From Wickerhamiella versatilis (taxonomy: Eukaryota): DNA of 64,000 nt. Made by a program: the position numbers and the translations under genes. Numbering within the stretch: position 1 is the stretch's first letter; each line of letters begins with the position of its first letter. Positions 20,920-30,976 of the stretch are shown piece by piece. Below the pieces are notes generated by a model. The model was not told where the DNA came from. It ran no database searches and saw only the letters and a list, made by a program, of their open reading frames with translations. The DNA lies in NCBI GenBank assembly GCA_030867685.1, contig JAQOWU010000008.1, positions 1 to 64,000 of the forward strand. Reading direction: 5' to 3'.

Positions 20920-21069
20920 GCATATGTTACTCATCCGTTCATCGGCCGCGACACCGGTCATTGTGTTGAGATCGAGCAAGGGTGCGTATATATTTGTGCT
21001 TACCTTTTATCAAGTCTTTCTATATATAAATAGCTTGTTACTAGAACATTTTTTGTGTCAGTTTCTAAA

Positions 21070-22068
21070 ATGGGTGATGAATTGATTCTCAATAGAAGAA
21101 GTTTCCCTCCGAAGACGGACCTGGGAGAGCTCCGGTCTAATTATGACTATGATCTTAGCCGTTTCTTCAAATACTCGAGCACAGTCAATTTGAACTCTGA
21201 TATTACGGCACTTAAGGCCTTTTGTGTTGAAATTGAGCATGCTATTGAAAAAGGACTTTCTTTTGAAACTCCCCGTCCAGCGTTCGGTGTGAAAAAGATA
21301 AATGCTGTGATCCTCGCAGTAAGGGAGCTAGAAAGTACTGGACACGCGGATGAGGCCACTCTAGCTGCACGTGGCTGTTTACAGCAATACGTAGACATGC
21401 ATGAGAGCCGGGGATGGGATCTTCCCCCGGAGTTAGGTTCATCTCTTAAAGTATTCTTGGAAGAAAGGCAAGCGAAGAATGCTGGAGGGACAAAGATTCT
21501 GACGCGAGGCGAAATCAATCGAGCAACTGACTTCGATTATGAGCGCTTTATTTCTGCGAGGCACAGTGTACGGCATTTCACAGGCGAGCCAGTCTCGCGT
21601 GAAGCAGCAGAAGAGGCTGTAAGACTTGCTATCAAGTCACCTAGACCTGAGAACAGGGAGTCTAGACATGTGTACGCTGCTCTTGATCCCATAACGCGTA
21701 CTAGGCTTATGAGCTATCATCATGGTCATGCTGGATTTGACAAGAAGTTGGGGGCCGTTTTCGTCATTACGGTTGACCTCCAACACTATGACAGAGTTGG
21801 TGAAAGAAACCAGGGATGGATAGATGGAGGTTTGTTTGCAATGTCATTGTGCTACGCTCTGCATTCGCAAAGGCTTGGCACTTGTATGCTGAATTGGTCA
21901 GAACCATGTGACCAGGACCGCAGGCTTCGACAAGCGTTTACCATTCCAGACAATGAGATAGTGATTACTTTCTTAGGGGCGGGTCATCTTCCTCCTCAAA
22001 TTAACGTTGCATACTCTATGCCTCCCTCTGTCGACAGCGTTTTCTCTGAAATAGAGGAGCGTAGGTAA
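21070..22068 (+). CDS. Nitroreductase family protein, bacterial type with an N-terminal extension
   Basis: ARHSVRHFTGEPVS (RxSxRxF), ERNQGWIDGGLFAMSLCYALHSQRLGTCMLNWS, and N-terminal HAIEKGLS. Confidence 0.85.
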   Translation: MGDELILNRRSFPPKTDLGELRSNYDYDLSRFFKYSSTVNLNSDITALKAFCVEIEHAIEKGLSFETPRPAFGVKKINAVILAVRELESTGHADEATLAARGCLQQYVDMHESRGWDLPPELGSSLKVFLEERQAKNAGGTKILTRGEINRATDFDYERFISARHSVRHFTGEPVSREAAEEAVRLAIKSPRPENRESRHVYAALDPITRTRLMSYHHGHAGFDKKLGAVFVITVDLQHYDRVGERNQGWIDGGLFAMSLCYALHSQRLGTCMLNWSEPCDQDRRLRQAFTIPDNEIVITFLGAGHLPPQINVAYSMPPSVDSVFSEIEERR

Positions 22069-22251
22069 GTGAGTGAGTAAGTAAGTAGTATTATGTAGAT
22101 ATAAGTGGGAATTGAGTGGAATAGAATGCACATATGACTAAATCTCGACTTCTCTAGTATAGGAACAGAAAATCATTTGGAAACGGGTTATTCTGCAATG
22201 CGATCTCTCATAGTCATAGGGCTTGGTTCATTACCCATCGCCCGATAATTC

Positions 22252-22259
22252 CCGATCGG
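22252..22259. promoter_or_regulatory. CCGATCGG site upstream of the monocarboxylate transporter
   Basis: Exact motif about 105 bp upstream of ATG 22364. Confidence 0.45.
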
Positions 22260-22363
22260 TGCTTACTGAGGTTGGCAGTACAAAAAAGGGTTAACCCCGC
22301 AAAACTTAACACGATTGTCCTTACTTTTGTGAATTTAGGAGTAAACTTTCAAAAAACTGTACA

Positions 22364-23728
22364 ATGCTGTTCAAAAATACCAAAATCACTATTAAAAGAG
22401 CTTGGAAAACAAGCAATGAGCCCTCAGATATCAAAGTCCAAGCCACAGGAAGTAGTTCCAGTGAGGAATACGGGGATAGTTTTGGTGATGATAATTACGA
22501 GAAAAATCTCCAAGATGAAACTGACATGGCTCCACCTCCTGATGGGGGACTAATAGCGTGGCTTCAGGTGGTTGCTTGTTGGATTCTTAATATGAATAGT
22601 TGGGGCATTGTAAACATGTTCGGTGTCTACCAAGAATACTACGAGTCTTCGTTCTTATCAGAAAGGTCTCCAGGTGATATATCGTGGATTGGAGCTCTTA
22701 CCCTAAGCATTGCGTTTTTTGGAACATTCATTTTTGCATACCCCATGGACCTTGGCTACATGAGAATACTGGTTATTAGCGCAAGTTTGTTACAATTCTT
22801 GGCATTGATGCTTCTTGCTAGCTTTTGTAGAAGCTTTTCGTCAATCATTCTTGTGCATGGTATGTTTATTGGTGTGAATAGCAGCATATTTTATATCGTC
22901 AGTCTTGGGTGCGTAGCCCCTTATTTTTCCAAGAAGCGTCCTCTAGCCATGAGTATTGGTACTTCAGGGGCGGCAATAGGCGCAGTCATCTATTCTTGCA
23001 TGGCACGAAAGCTTATAGACTCCGTTGGCTTCACCTGGGCCACTCGGGCTACAGCGTTCGTGGAGCTAGGATCGTCTTTAATTATGTGTGTCATAATAAG
23101 ACAGCGTTCTATTCCAACAAAAAGAGCTGGATTCATAGCATTTGAGTGCTTTAGGGAAGTAAAGTTCATGTTGTTCTCATTCGCCAATTTATTCGCATTT
23201 GCCGGTCTTATCACTTTTTACTTCCATTTTGAGTCATATGCTCTCTCGAAACATCCTGGAAGAACAGAAATGTATTATACTACAGCAATAGTGAATGCAG
23301 GCTCAACTGTTGGTAGAGTTGTGTTTGGTTTAATCTCAGGGTTATATGGTAAGGCTAATGTGCTTGTTGTCACATTGATCTGCTCTACGATACTTGCCTG
23401 GTGCTGGATACCAGCACAATCTGAAGGGGCAATTATTTCGCTAGGAATACTATTCGGGTGCACTACAGGGCCCACCATGAGCCTGCCAGGACCAATGGTT
23501 GCTTCGTTGACAGATGACTTTAGCCGCCTAGGTATTCGTATGGCCGTTTTATTTTTGTTTGAGGGAGTTGGTGTAATTATTGGTCCTTCATTTGCAGGAA
23601 TGATGGAGTTGAATGATGGCTGGTTTTGGGCTAAACTCTACTGTGCGTTACTCATGACAACAAGTGCCCTTGCACTGCTAAGTTGTCGGCAGCTACTCGC
23701 GCGCAATGATTTATTCGCTATCGTTTAA
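22364..23728 (+). CDS. MFS monocarboxylate transporter-like (Mch/MCT family)
   Basis: PPDGGLIAWLQV, WGIVNMFGVYQEYY, YFSKKRPLAMSIGTSGAAIG. Confidence 0.9.
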   Translation: MLFKNTKITIKRAWKTSNEPSDIKVQATGSSSSEEYGDSFGDDNYEKNLQDETDMAPPPDGGLIAWLQVVACWILNMNSWGIVNMFGVYQEYYESSFLSERSPGDISWIGALTLSIAFFGTFIFAYPMDLGYMRILVISASLLQFLALMLLASFCRSFSSIILVHGMFIGVNSSIFYIVSLGCVAPYFSKKRPLAMSIGTSGAAIGAVIYSCMARKLIDSVGFTWATRATAFVELGSSLIMCVIIRQRSIPTKRAGFIAFECFREVKFMLFSFANLFAFAGLITFYFHFESYALSKHPGRTEMYYTTAIVNAGSTVGRVVFGLISGLYGKANVLVVTLICSTILAWCWIPAQSEGAIISLGILFGCTTGPTMSLPGPMVASLTDDFSRLGIRMAVLFLFEGVGVIIGPSFAGMMELNDGWFWAKLYCALLMTTSALALLSCRQLLARNDLFAIV

Positions 23729-24342
23729 AGCACTATTTATAGCCGTTGACATAATTAAACGCCTATAGAGGCTTCAATCCTACGACGTTAGAAAAAACCA
23801 ATCTTGAGGCTTACCTCGTTGCTCTCAAAGTCAAATGACAAATATTCCGCCGGGGTAGTGCGCGCGCGCATTATCGTCCAATCTCCGACCTCCGGTCGGG
23901 TAAGATCCGATGACCTATGGCGGGGGTTTGCTCCATTTGCTTCATACAATGTTGAAAATCACAAATGCTTGCCATTATCATGGTGTAGTTTATGCTGCTA
24001 CTATTCATAACCTCGATATGCCAGTCGGCTTTGCCCCTCTATGTATAAACTACAACTCTGACACACATAGTAACTACCTTATTCTTTTCCCCACTAAGAG
24101 AGCCACTATAGTGCTACACCAGGCAGAACCATCAATCCTATCGCGTGCTTCTGGATTCAACTTCTCTCACGGAATGAATTCCAGATTTTCTATGAAATTC
24201 GCTGATGACTTACTTAGTGGTCTGGACCGGGAGATTCTGAATTAGTTTTCTTTTTTGTCATACCGACCACAAAAAACTACAAATATCACACTTTTTCTTT
24301 GGAAAGCAGTTGAAAAGGGAAGTAAAATCAGGAAGTCATAAG

Positions 24343-24651
24343 ATGGTAAGCCAAATCGCAAATCAAGAGCAGTTTCACTCGTCAATATCGTCAGGTGTAA
24401 CTTTTGTAGATTTTCATGCTGCATGGTGCGGACCGTGTCGAATGATTGCTCCTGTCCTGGAGAAGCTGGATCCAATATATCCAAACATAGATTTCTATGA
24501 GGTTGACATTGAGGAAGTGCCTGAAATTACTACAGAGTATGAAGTGACAGCAGTCCCCATGTTTATCCTATTCAAAGATGGAAAAGTTGAAGATGTCATA
24601 AAAGGGGCAGCCCCAGCCATAATCAAACAAACACTGGAGAAGTATAAGTGA
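24343..24651 (+). CDS. TRX: Thioredoxin
   Basis: VDFHAAWCGPCRMIAP active site; about 102 aa from ATG 24343. Confidence 0.95.
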   Translation: MVSQIANQEQFHSSISSGVTFVDFHAAWCGPCRMIAPVLEKLDPIYPNIDFYEVDIEEVPEITTEYEVTAVPMFILFKDGKVEDVIKGAAPAIIKQTLEKYK

Positions 24652-24786
24652 TCTAGGTAGAGCAGTCAATATATATATCATTTATGTACGAAGTAGTAAC
24701 TTTGAATGAGAGGTTAGAAAGTCTTAGAGTGTCCATTTATAGAGATAGTCTTAATCTCACGAAGCCCTGTGTTAGTATATAATTGT

Positions 24787-26577
24787 TTATGCCGCGAAAG
24801 CTGGATACATGTTGAAAGTGCTCTCTGACCACTGAAACTTCACTAGATCATCTAGTGCCCAGGGATAAACCTCTTCCTCAAGCAGCGACGTTACCGTTGG
24901 ACTGTTAACTGGTACGTGCGCTGGGATCTGTTTCGGTTCGAGAGCATTTTCGAAATCAGAGACTTTCTCTTCTAAACGTACAAGGTTTTGCTCCTTTCTT
25001 TGCTTGAAAAGAGAAAGTAGGGTCCTACTTACACGAATCATGCTCTCGGTACCTGCGTCGGGAAACTTCTGCGCCACAACCAGCATGGTGCCAAGGATAT
25101 CGGACAGACGAGGGGTATAGGTACAATCGTCAATCTTTAGCATCATGCACAAAAACTGAAATGGGAAGGTCACAATCTTCCACCACGGATGTCCGGATAA
25201 GGCTAGCTCGCGGCAATAACCTAACGAATGACAACATGCTTCGACTAGAGCATTAATTGTATGATTATTCATGCTGAAAAGGGACATACGCCGATAAAGC
25301 ATGATCAAAGTATAGCCCCAATGAACCCATACTTCTGGATGTACTGGCTTGTAGCTGAGAAGCTTGCTGAACGCTTCATACACAACTTCTGGTTCACACG
25401 ATCCCGCAGCCAAAGCCTTTTTTGTGATATCATATATGTCCATAACCGACGGGAAAAAATCTGTATCACTCTCTGCATTAGGATATGCAACACGGACATA
25501 CGATAGATTGGCTTTTGATTTGCCCATGTCTAGAGACCAGAAAGTGTTCAGGTTCTCTAATGACCAAAACACGTGCCTTAAATGATTTGGATCCAAGTCT
25601 ATCCTACCCCACTTTTGTTCGTCGTGCAAGTTCACAATCTCTGCTATACTCATGGCTCGGCAAGTGGCCAACCACGCATTATTGGGCGAACTGGTGGCCC
25701 GCAAGTAAAGCATTCGAAGGACCCATCCAACCGCAATATATAATCCTGACGTATTCGACTGTAATTTTTCCATCACCTGTGAATTGTCAAGTTGTTCATA
25801 TGCTCTGTTAATCAGGTTAGTTTCAAGAGCCACTCTATCTGTGAATGGCAAAATATTCTTCTTATTCCTCGAAAAAAGGGATCCAAGGGAGACAACTCCA
25901 CAAATTATTACCCTGAATGTTTCTAGTTCGTTCTTATTTTGTGAGTTAGGGACACCGTCAACACCCCTAGTAACCTCATACTCTCGGCGAACAAAGTCAT
26001 AATACATATCACGTGACACAATACCATAAACGGCGTTCATATCCTTGAAATAAACTTCGCTTAAGGAGTTAACTTGCTCCAATGAAATTATATCGCTCAC
26101 TTTCTGGAAAGCCACATTGCAGCTCTTGTTATCGAGACTATCTGCGAATCCTACGTTCCAAACTGCGGAAGATATTCCCAGGTCCTCAGAGCGATCTGTG
26201 GGACCGATTAGCCGTGAGAATGTACCGATTCCAGATGAAGCCTCCGCTACCTGTTGGTTCAAATTAGGCCTTGCCAGGTTATTATCACCAGAGTAGCATG
26301 AGCCTTCTGATGGCGCTCCGACTCGCAGCTGGGGATGCGGTTCACTGGGAATGCTAAAAGGCGACTGACCCTGTAGATCATGAACAGCTGTTTGTAACGA
26401 CCTACTTCTTCGGGTATTTTTCCTCACTGTGTTATAAGTGCATGCAAACCCATATCTCTTGCAGTTATAACACGGTGATATCCTATTGCACTTTCTCTTG
26501 CTTTTGTAGCATTGGTCGCATGATTGCCGATGTTGCGGGCTGCTGAATTGTCTTGATTCCGATCCGCCTCCATTCAT
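24787..26577 (-). CDS. Zn(II)2Cys6 transcription factor (paralog of 9511-11268)
   Basis: CDQCYKSKRKCNRISPCYNCKRYGFAC. Shares DPNHLRH.FW.LE and HPWW..V..PF blocks with the paralog. Confidence 0.9.
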   Translation of the reverse strand: MNGGGSESRQFSSPQHRQSCDQCYKSKRKCNRISPCYNCKRYGFACTYNTVRKNTRRSRSLQTAVHDLQGQSPFSIPSEPHPQLRVGAPSEGSCYSGDNNLARPNLNQQVAEASSGIGTFSRLIGPTDRSEDLGISSAVWNVGFADSLDNKSCNVAFQKVSDIISLEQVNSLSEVYFKDMNAVYGIVSRDMYYDFVRREYEVTRGVDGVPNSQNKNELETFRVIICGVVSLGSLFSRNKKNILPFTDRVALETNLINRAYEQLDNSQVMEKLQSNTSGLYIAVGWVLRMLYLRATSSPNNAWLATCRAMSIAEIVNLHDEQKWGRIDLDPNHLRHVFWSLENLNTFWSLDMGKSKANLSYVRVAYPNAESDTDFFPSVMDIYDITKKALAAGSCEPEVVYEAFSKLLSYKPVHPEVWVHWGYTLIMLYRRMSLFSMNNHTINALVEACCHSLGYCRELALSGHPWWKIVTFPFQFLCMMLKIDDCTYTPRLSDILGTMLVVAQKFPDAGTESMIRVSRTLLSLFKQRKEQNLVRLEEKVSDFENALEPKQIPAHVPVNSPTVTSLLEEEVYPWALDDLVKFQWSESTFNMYPAFAA

Positions 26578-26614
26578 TCCCAATGTGTAGCAATATGTGA
26601 TATTAGTTAATCAT

Positions 26615-26626
26615 GTCCGATCGGAC
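26615..26626. promoter_or_regulatory. 12-bp palindrome GTCCGATCGGAC upstream of the Zn2Cys6 gene (possible autoregulatory site)
   Basis: Exact palindrome about 40 bp upstream of ATG 26577. Confidence 0.45.
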
Positions 26627-27577
26627 TTTAACGGATACGATCATGTGGCTTTCGTCAGGTGTACACCTAAGCAATTCCTATCAGAATCCATGATTATTTA
26701 AGCTTTCCCAATTTTTTCTGGTAAGTATGGACGAGCTAATACGAAAATAATATTTGTATTAAAGTAGGTCGTAAGGTGTCCAACCGGTGAGTTTGAAGAG
26801 GTGTTTTATATAGGCCTTATCCGCAACGCTTTGCAGTATATACGATAATACCTCTTCATTTTCATGGGGCTCTCTGTATACATATCAGGACGGTGTCCCG
26901 TTGTTCGTGCTCTCTCATCAAAGTAAGTATGCGTGATTACCTGACTGCTTTTTGACCTCATCTCTCTTTTCAGTATTCACTGTATTGTAACACCGAAACG
27001 TGCAAGGCAACTATTGTGTACTATGTCAAAAGTATAAGGTGCCTATTACATCTATCCATGCGAAATACATCTTTTTTGTGACGACGTTAGCATTCCCACA
27101 TGAGGGTATATTCGAATATCCATTGAAATAGTTCCAACCACTCTTGTTATCTTGCATTATCCAGTTTGATATTCTAATTTTCCCTTGAAAGACCAAGTCT
27201 CCTCAGCTTGGCTGTGGTTTATGTTGAATCAGCCTAAAATCCTCGTTTAGTTTTAGAAAAACAATGTCGTGCCCATCAAAAAGCAAAGAAAGGACTTCCC
27301 GATTGGAGCTGTCTACCATTGTACCATAATCGATGAGACTGTGATAAATCAGAATAGCAGGCCTCTATCAACCTGAACATCTCTAGACATTACTAGTCAT
27401 CAGACCAATACAGACAAATCATACGTGGAATCTATATATATACATATATGGAGCCCTAGAAACGAGATAAACGTATCCACGTACTGCTATCTGTCATGTA
27501 GCGACATGCACAGTAGAATTAGCTCTTATTCACAAAATGCGCGATATATACATAATTTAATAACCGCTAGGTCTACG

Positions 27578-27615
27578 AGTGGGCTATCTTGCATTGTCCA
27601 ACCAGTCTCAGGTAG
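27578..27615 (+). repeat. Perfect partial 41-bp unit (38 bp)
   Basis: AGTGGGCTATCTTGCATTGTCCAACCAGTCTCAGGTAG. Confidence 0.95.
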
Positions 27616-28269
27616 CTGGATCTCGTTAAGGGATCCGTCGACTTCTGGCGCATCTCCCGTTGGAAGCTTCATATAGTCTGGCAACAGGGAGATAAAATAG
27701 TTTTAGGATATTCATAGCCTTGGTGCCTTTTTTGCAATATTTACTAACCTTTCTTAGGGTACTATAAATTTTAAAAATCATTGTTTTGATAACTTTGAAG
27801 TCGTATATTTTGTATTTACAATGCTGGAGCAATAGATATTCAAACGTTCCTAGTACCTGAGTTCGATAATTTCGGTAGGATCCAGGGGGCATCACCGAGA
27901 CCTTAAATTATAATGTTAGTATTGCATGAATGGGTAGTCGAGAATGCTTTCTCTAGTTTGATTTTTTTTTCTCTTCTCGTATTCCGAACATTCCCCGAAT
28001 TTGTTCTACTTGGCTATTTTGTGGCTGACCACGAGTCTCTGATAATAAAATGCTTGCCACTTTCAATTCGAAAAATACTTAGTCACCCAGATTGCTCTAC
28101 TCATGGTAGGGTATTCAATGCCCAATATATAATTTTATTCGCTATCATGTCTCTAATTAGTACATAATGAGAAATTGATTGGCTATTGCTGGTTTAGAAG
28201 TGAAATACCTTACCCATATTTATAATGTCAAATTATCATTCTTAAGATTGATTCTAAAGCGTTATGTCA

Positions 28270-29169
28270 TTAAGCTATAAAGATCAGTACAACACAAGGC
28301 CTGATAATACCAGAGAGTTCAGAGGTGTCACTAAAGGCAAAATTGGCTTCGTCTGGAGTGACAATACTAAAAAGGTAATTCGTGTCCAATTTACAGAATT
28401 CTCCTAGACAAAAAAGCTCAAACTTGTCGTCCATTTTCGAGGGTGCGATTCGTCCCCGTACAAGTAACATCCTTTTTTGCTCCTCATGAGCTTCTTTTAT
28501 CGTTTCAATTGATGGGATCATTTTTTCAGCGAGGTCAGGTTGTGATATTCTAGCACCAATTGATTGGAGGTTAGAACGCGTATTTAGCATTCCTAGGACA
28601 GAATTGGCGTAAAACGGAAACCCGTAATTGTCATGGAGGGGTCTTATATCGAATCTGAGTGGTCTTGGGTCCGCTAAACGTGTAAAATGATTATCTCGCT
28701 CTCTCAAATCTGCTTGTTCGTGTTCAATGTCTTGTGTGCTGGATACGCTTCTAGGCGGAGCTCCAGCATCTTTCTCGGTATTTAAAGATGCTGGTAGCTG
28801 TCCTGAACTACTGATATGTTGCAAGAGTCGTTCAAGTAATTGCTGAAGATACTGCAAACGAGACGTTGCGGTCTTCTCCATTCCGCACTCAGCATATACT
28901 GATGGCGATATTACCGGGTTATATTTACTGAAACACTGACCCAGTAGTTCCTCCATATCATCTAAAGCCTCCATTAGTTCTGGTTCCTGGTCAAGTAGTC
29001 TTTGGTTGTACTCTCTGGTATAGCTACATGTATACCCGGACCGGGTACATTGATTGCATCTGGGACGACTGGAATCACAGCGCACTTTCCTGTCGTGACA
29101 CTTATCACATGCTCCGGGGTGACGGCCCCTTTTCCTCGCCGGCTGTTCTGGTGACTTACTTGCCACCAT
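28270..29169 (-). pseudogene. C-terminally truncated Zn(II)2Cys6 transcription factor (paralog of 46641-48749)
   Basis: ACDKCHDRKVRCDSSRPRCNQCTRSGYTC. It aligns with the paralog up to IIRPCVVLIFIA and then stops, whereas the paralog continues about 400 aa further. Confidence 0.7.
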
Positions 29170-29828
29170 CAGGCGGAAGTGATATTAGTAATCGACAATC
29201 TTTCCATCCGTGGTTGCGGCGACATCTGAAATGCAGGAAATAACAATTAAATTGCTTTGATAGTGTATTGCAGCTTTTACGTATGTATTTATGTAATGTT
29301 TTAACGAATGCAGTGGTCGGCACAGACATAGAAGAGGCCCAAAACGACGTGTCTGAAGTGACCTCTTCAAATTCATAGACATAGAGTGAATCCACCCAAT
29401 CATTGAAAGTAGCTATTTTTACACCCTAATCGCCAATCAAAGAGTCTATTTCGGTGTCAGTCTCATCTGACTGACTCTTAGAAAACTTCTCGCACGAAAA
29501 TGTCAGTACAGTCCTTTTTCTGCCTGTCACTAGTTGGATACACTCCTTTCTGATCCACAATAACTAGAAAAGACTACAATGGAACGATAAACCTCGCCTT
29601 CCACATTTTTCTGGGCTATGCTGCTTACATGTATTAGTCCATGTCGGATCTAAAGTCTCCCGGTTGTACTAGAGGTTCAGACGAATGATTTGTTCTACTA
29701 TACATAGACTAAGACAAGTAAACTGCAATAAACCCAATCAAAGTACGCGAGGTCATTATTGCGACAGAACCCCGCAAGGTATGAGGTAAATAATAGCACT
29801 GCCCCATAAGTCCTGTTTGTAATCAACC

Positions 29829-29863
29829 AAGTGGGCTATCTTGCCTTGTCCAACCGGTCGCAG
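29829..29863 (+). repeat. Partial 41-bp unit
   Basis: AAGTGGGCTATCTTGCCTTGTCCAACCGGTCGCAG. Confidence 0.9.
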
Positions 29864-29940
29864 ACTAAAGGGAAGAGCCTGGTTAGACTATGGTCCATCT
29901 ATGAGTACAGAAGCGTAGATATTCTTGACATTTATAGCTG

Positions 29941-30073
29941 CTTTACATTCCCATACGCGTGTGAAGATGACATAGCACATCATACTTTACATTCCCAAAC
30001 GCATGCGAAGATGACATAGCAGAACATCATACTTTACATTCCCAAACGCATGTGAAGATGACATAGTACATTA
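29941..30073 (+). repeat. Three tandem copies of a 44-47 bp unit
   Basis: CTTTACATTCCCAAACGCATGTGAAGATGACATAGCACATCATA-like unit starting at 29941, 29985 and 30032. Confidence 0.9.
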
Positions 30074-30368
30074 TGTCTTAGTGATTCTAGTGGCTAAGCT
30101 GAATTTGAGGAAAGAAGCGCACTTACGCCTAGTACTGTGTAAAAACTGTAACCATTCTCACTAGGAATGAGATGGATGGCTCTATCATACGGTAACTCTG
30201 AGTAGTGAATCAATAGACAAGCCTTATGATATTTCTGCAAACTAGTGTGAGTTTCATATTTCACCTATGCCCAACCGGTACCAAGCAGTATATTCAGTAT
30301 TTCAGAGAACTAGCAAAAACTACTACGGAATATCTGGCAGATTTAGTCTTGAAAGTTGAGAAACTTTC

Positions 30369-30626
30369 TTAGGCGGACTCAGTAGCTTGCGGAGCCCACG
30401 TGAACGTCTCATGAGCATTTATATCATCAAGAGCTTCACTTAGCCACTTATTCACCTCTGTTGCCTGTGCAGTTTTAAAGAATGACAGCAACTCGGGATT
30501 TAAAGTAGTCACAGGGGGAATGGTCCTTGCGCCTGTTGGCTCCTGTGCATCAGAGCTTGTGACTGTTGTAGCTTGTGTAGTAGCAACCGTGTATCCGACA
30601 AGACAAAGCAGAGCTTTCACCTGCAT
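30369..30626 (-). CDS. Small putative secreted Thr-rich protein (85 aa)
   Basis: Signal-peptide-like N-terminus MQVKALLCLVGYTVA and Thr-rich composition; divergent from the GH3 gene. Confidence 0.35.
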   Translation of the reverse strand: MQVKALLCLVGYTVATTQATTVTSSDAQEPTGARTIPPVTTLNPELLSFFKTAQATEVNKWLSEALDDINAHETFTWAPQATESA

Positions 30627-30976
30627 CCTGCTGTTAAGGAGGAGAAACGAATTTCTTTAACTGGAAAGGGGTTAGGCGCGAATCCCGTATACGGTCGGAC
30701 TGACAAATCTCATGGAGGCTGCGACGCGCAGATCTTCGAAATAAAAGGGCCGGGGTTGAAGCCATAATTATCGATAATTATCGAGATCATGAAATTATGA
30801 AATTATGAAATTACAGAGAGAAATAATGCATCTTCCATGAAGCAGAGCTCCAAAATATCCATTGGATCTCCATTCTTCTTGATAACATAAGCTATACATA
30901 TGCACCGGTATGCATACCTCCTTACTGTTCCCATTTAAATCACTCCTAGCCACGAAAAAAGTGAAAATTGGTCGAG

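Noticed and set aside
24343-24360. Intron after the thioredoxin ATG (ATG-GTAAGC)
   Set aside because: The unspliced frame already gives a normal-length thioredoxin N-terminus (MVSQIANQEQF).
27626-28260. Possible degenerate transposon sequence next to the perfect relic at 27578
   Set aside because: It is AT-rich, and I can identify no RT, integrase or transposase motif, TIR or LTR.
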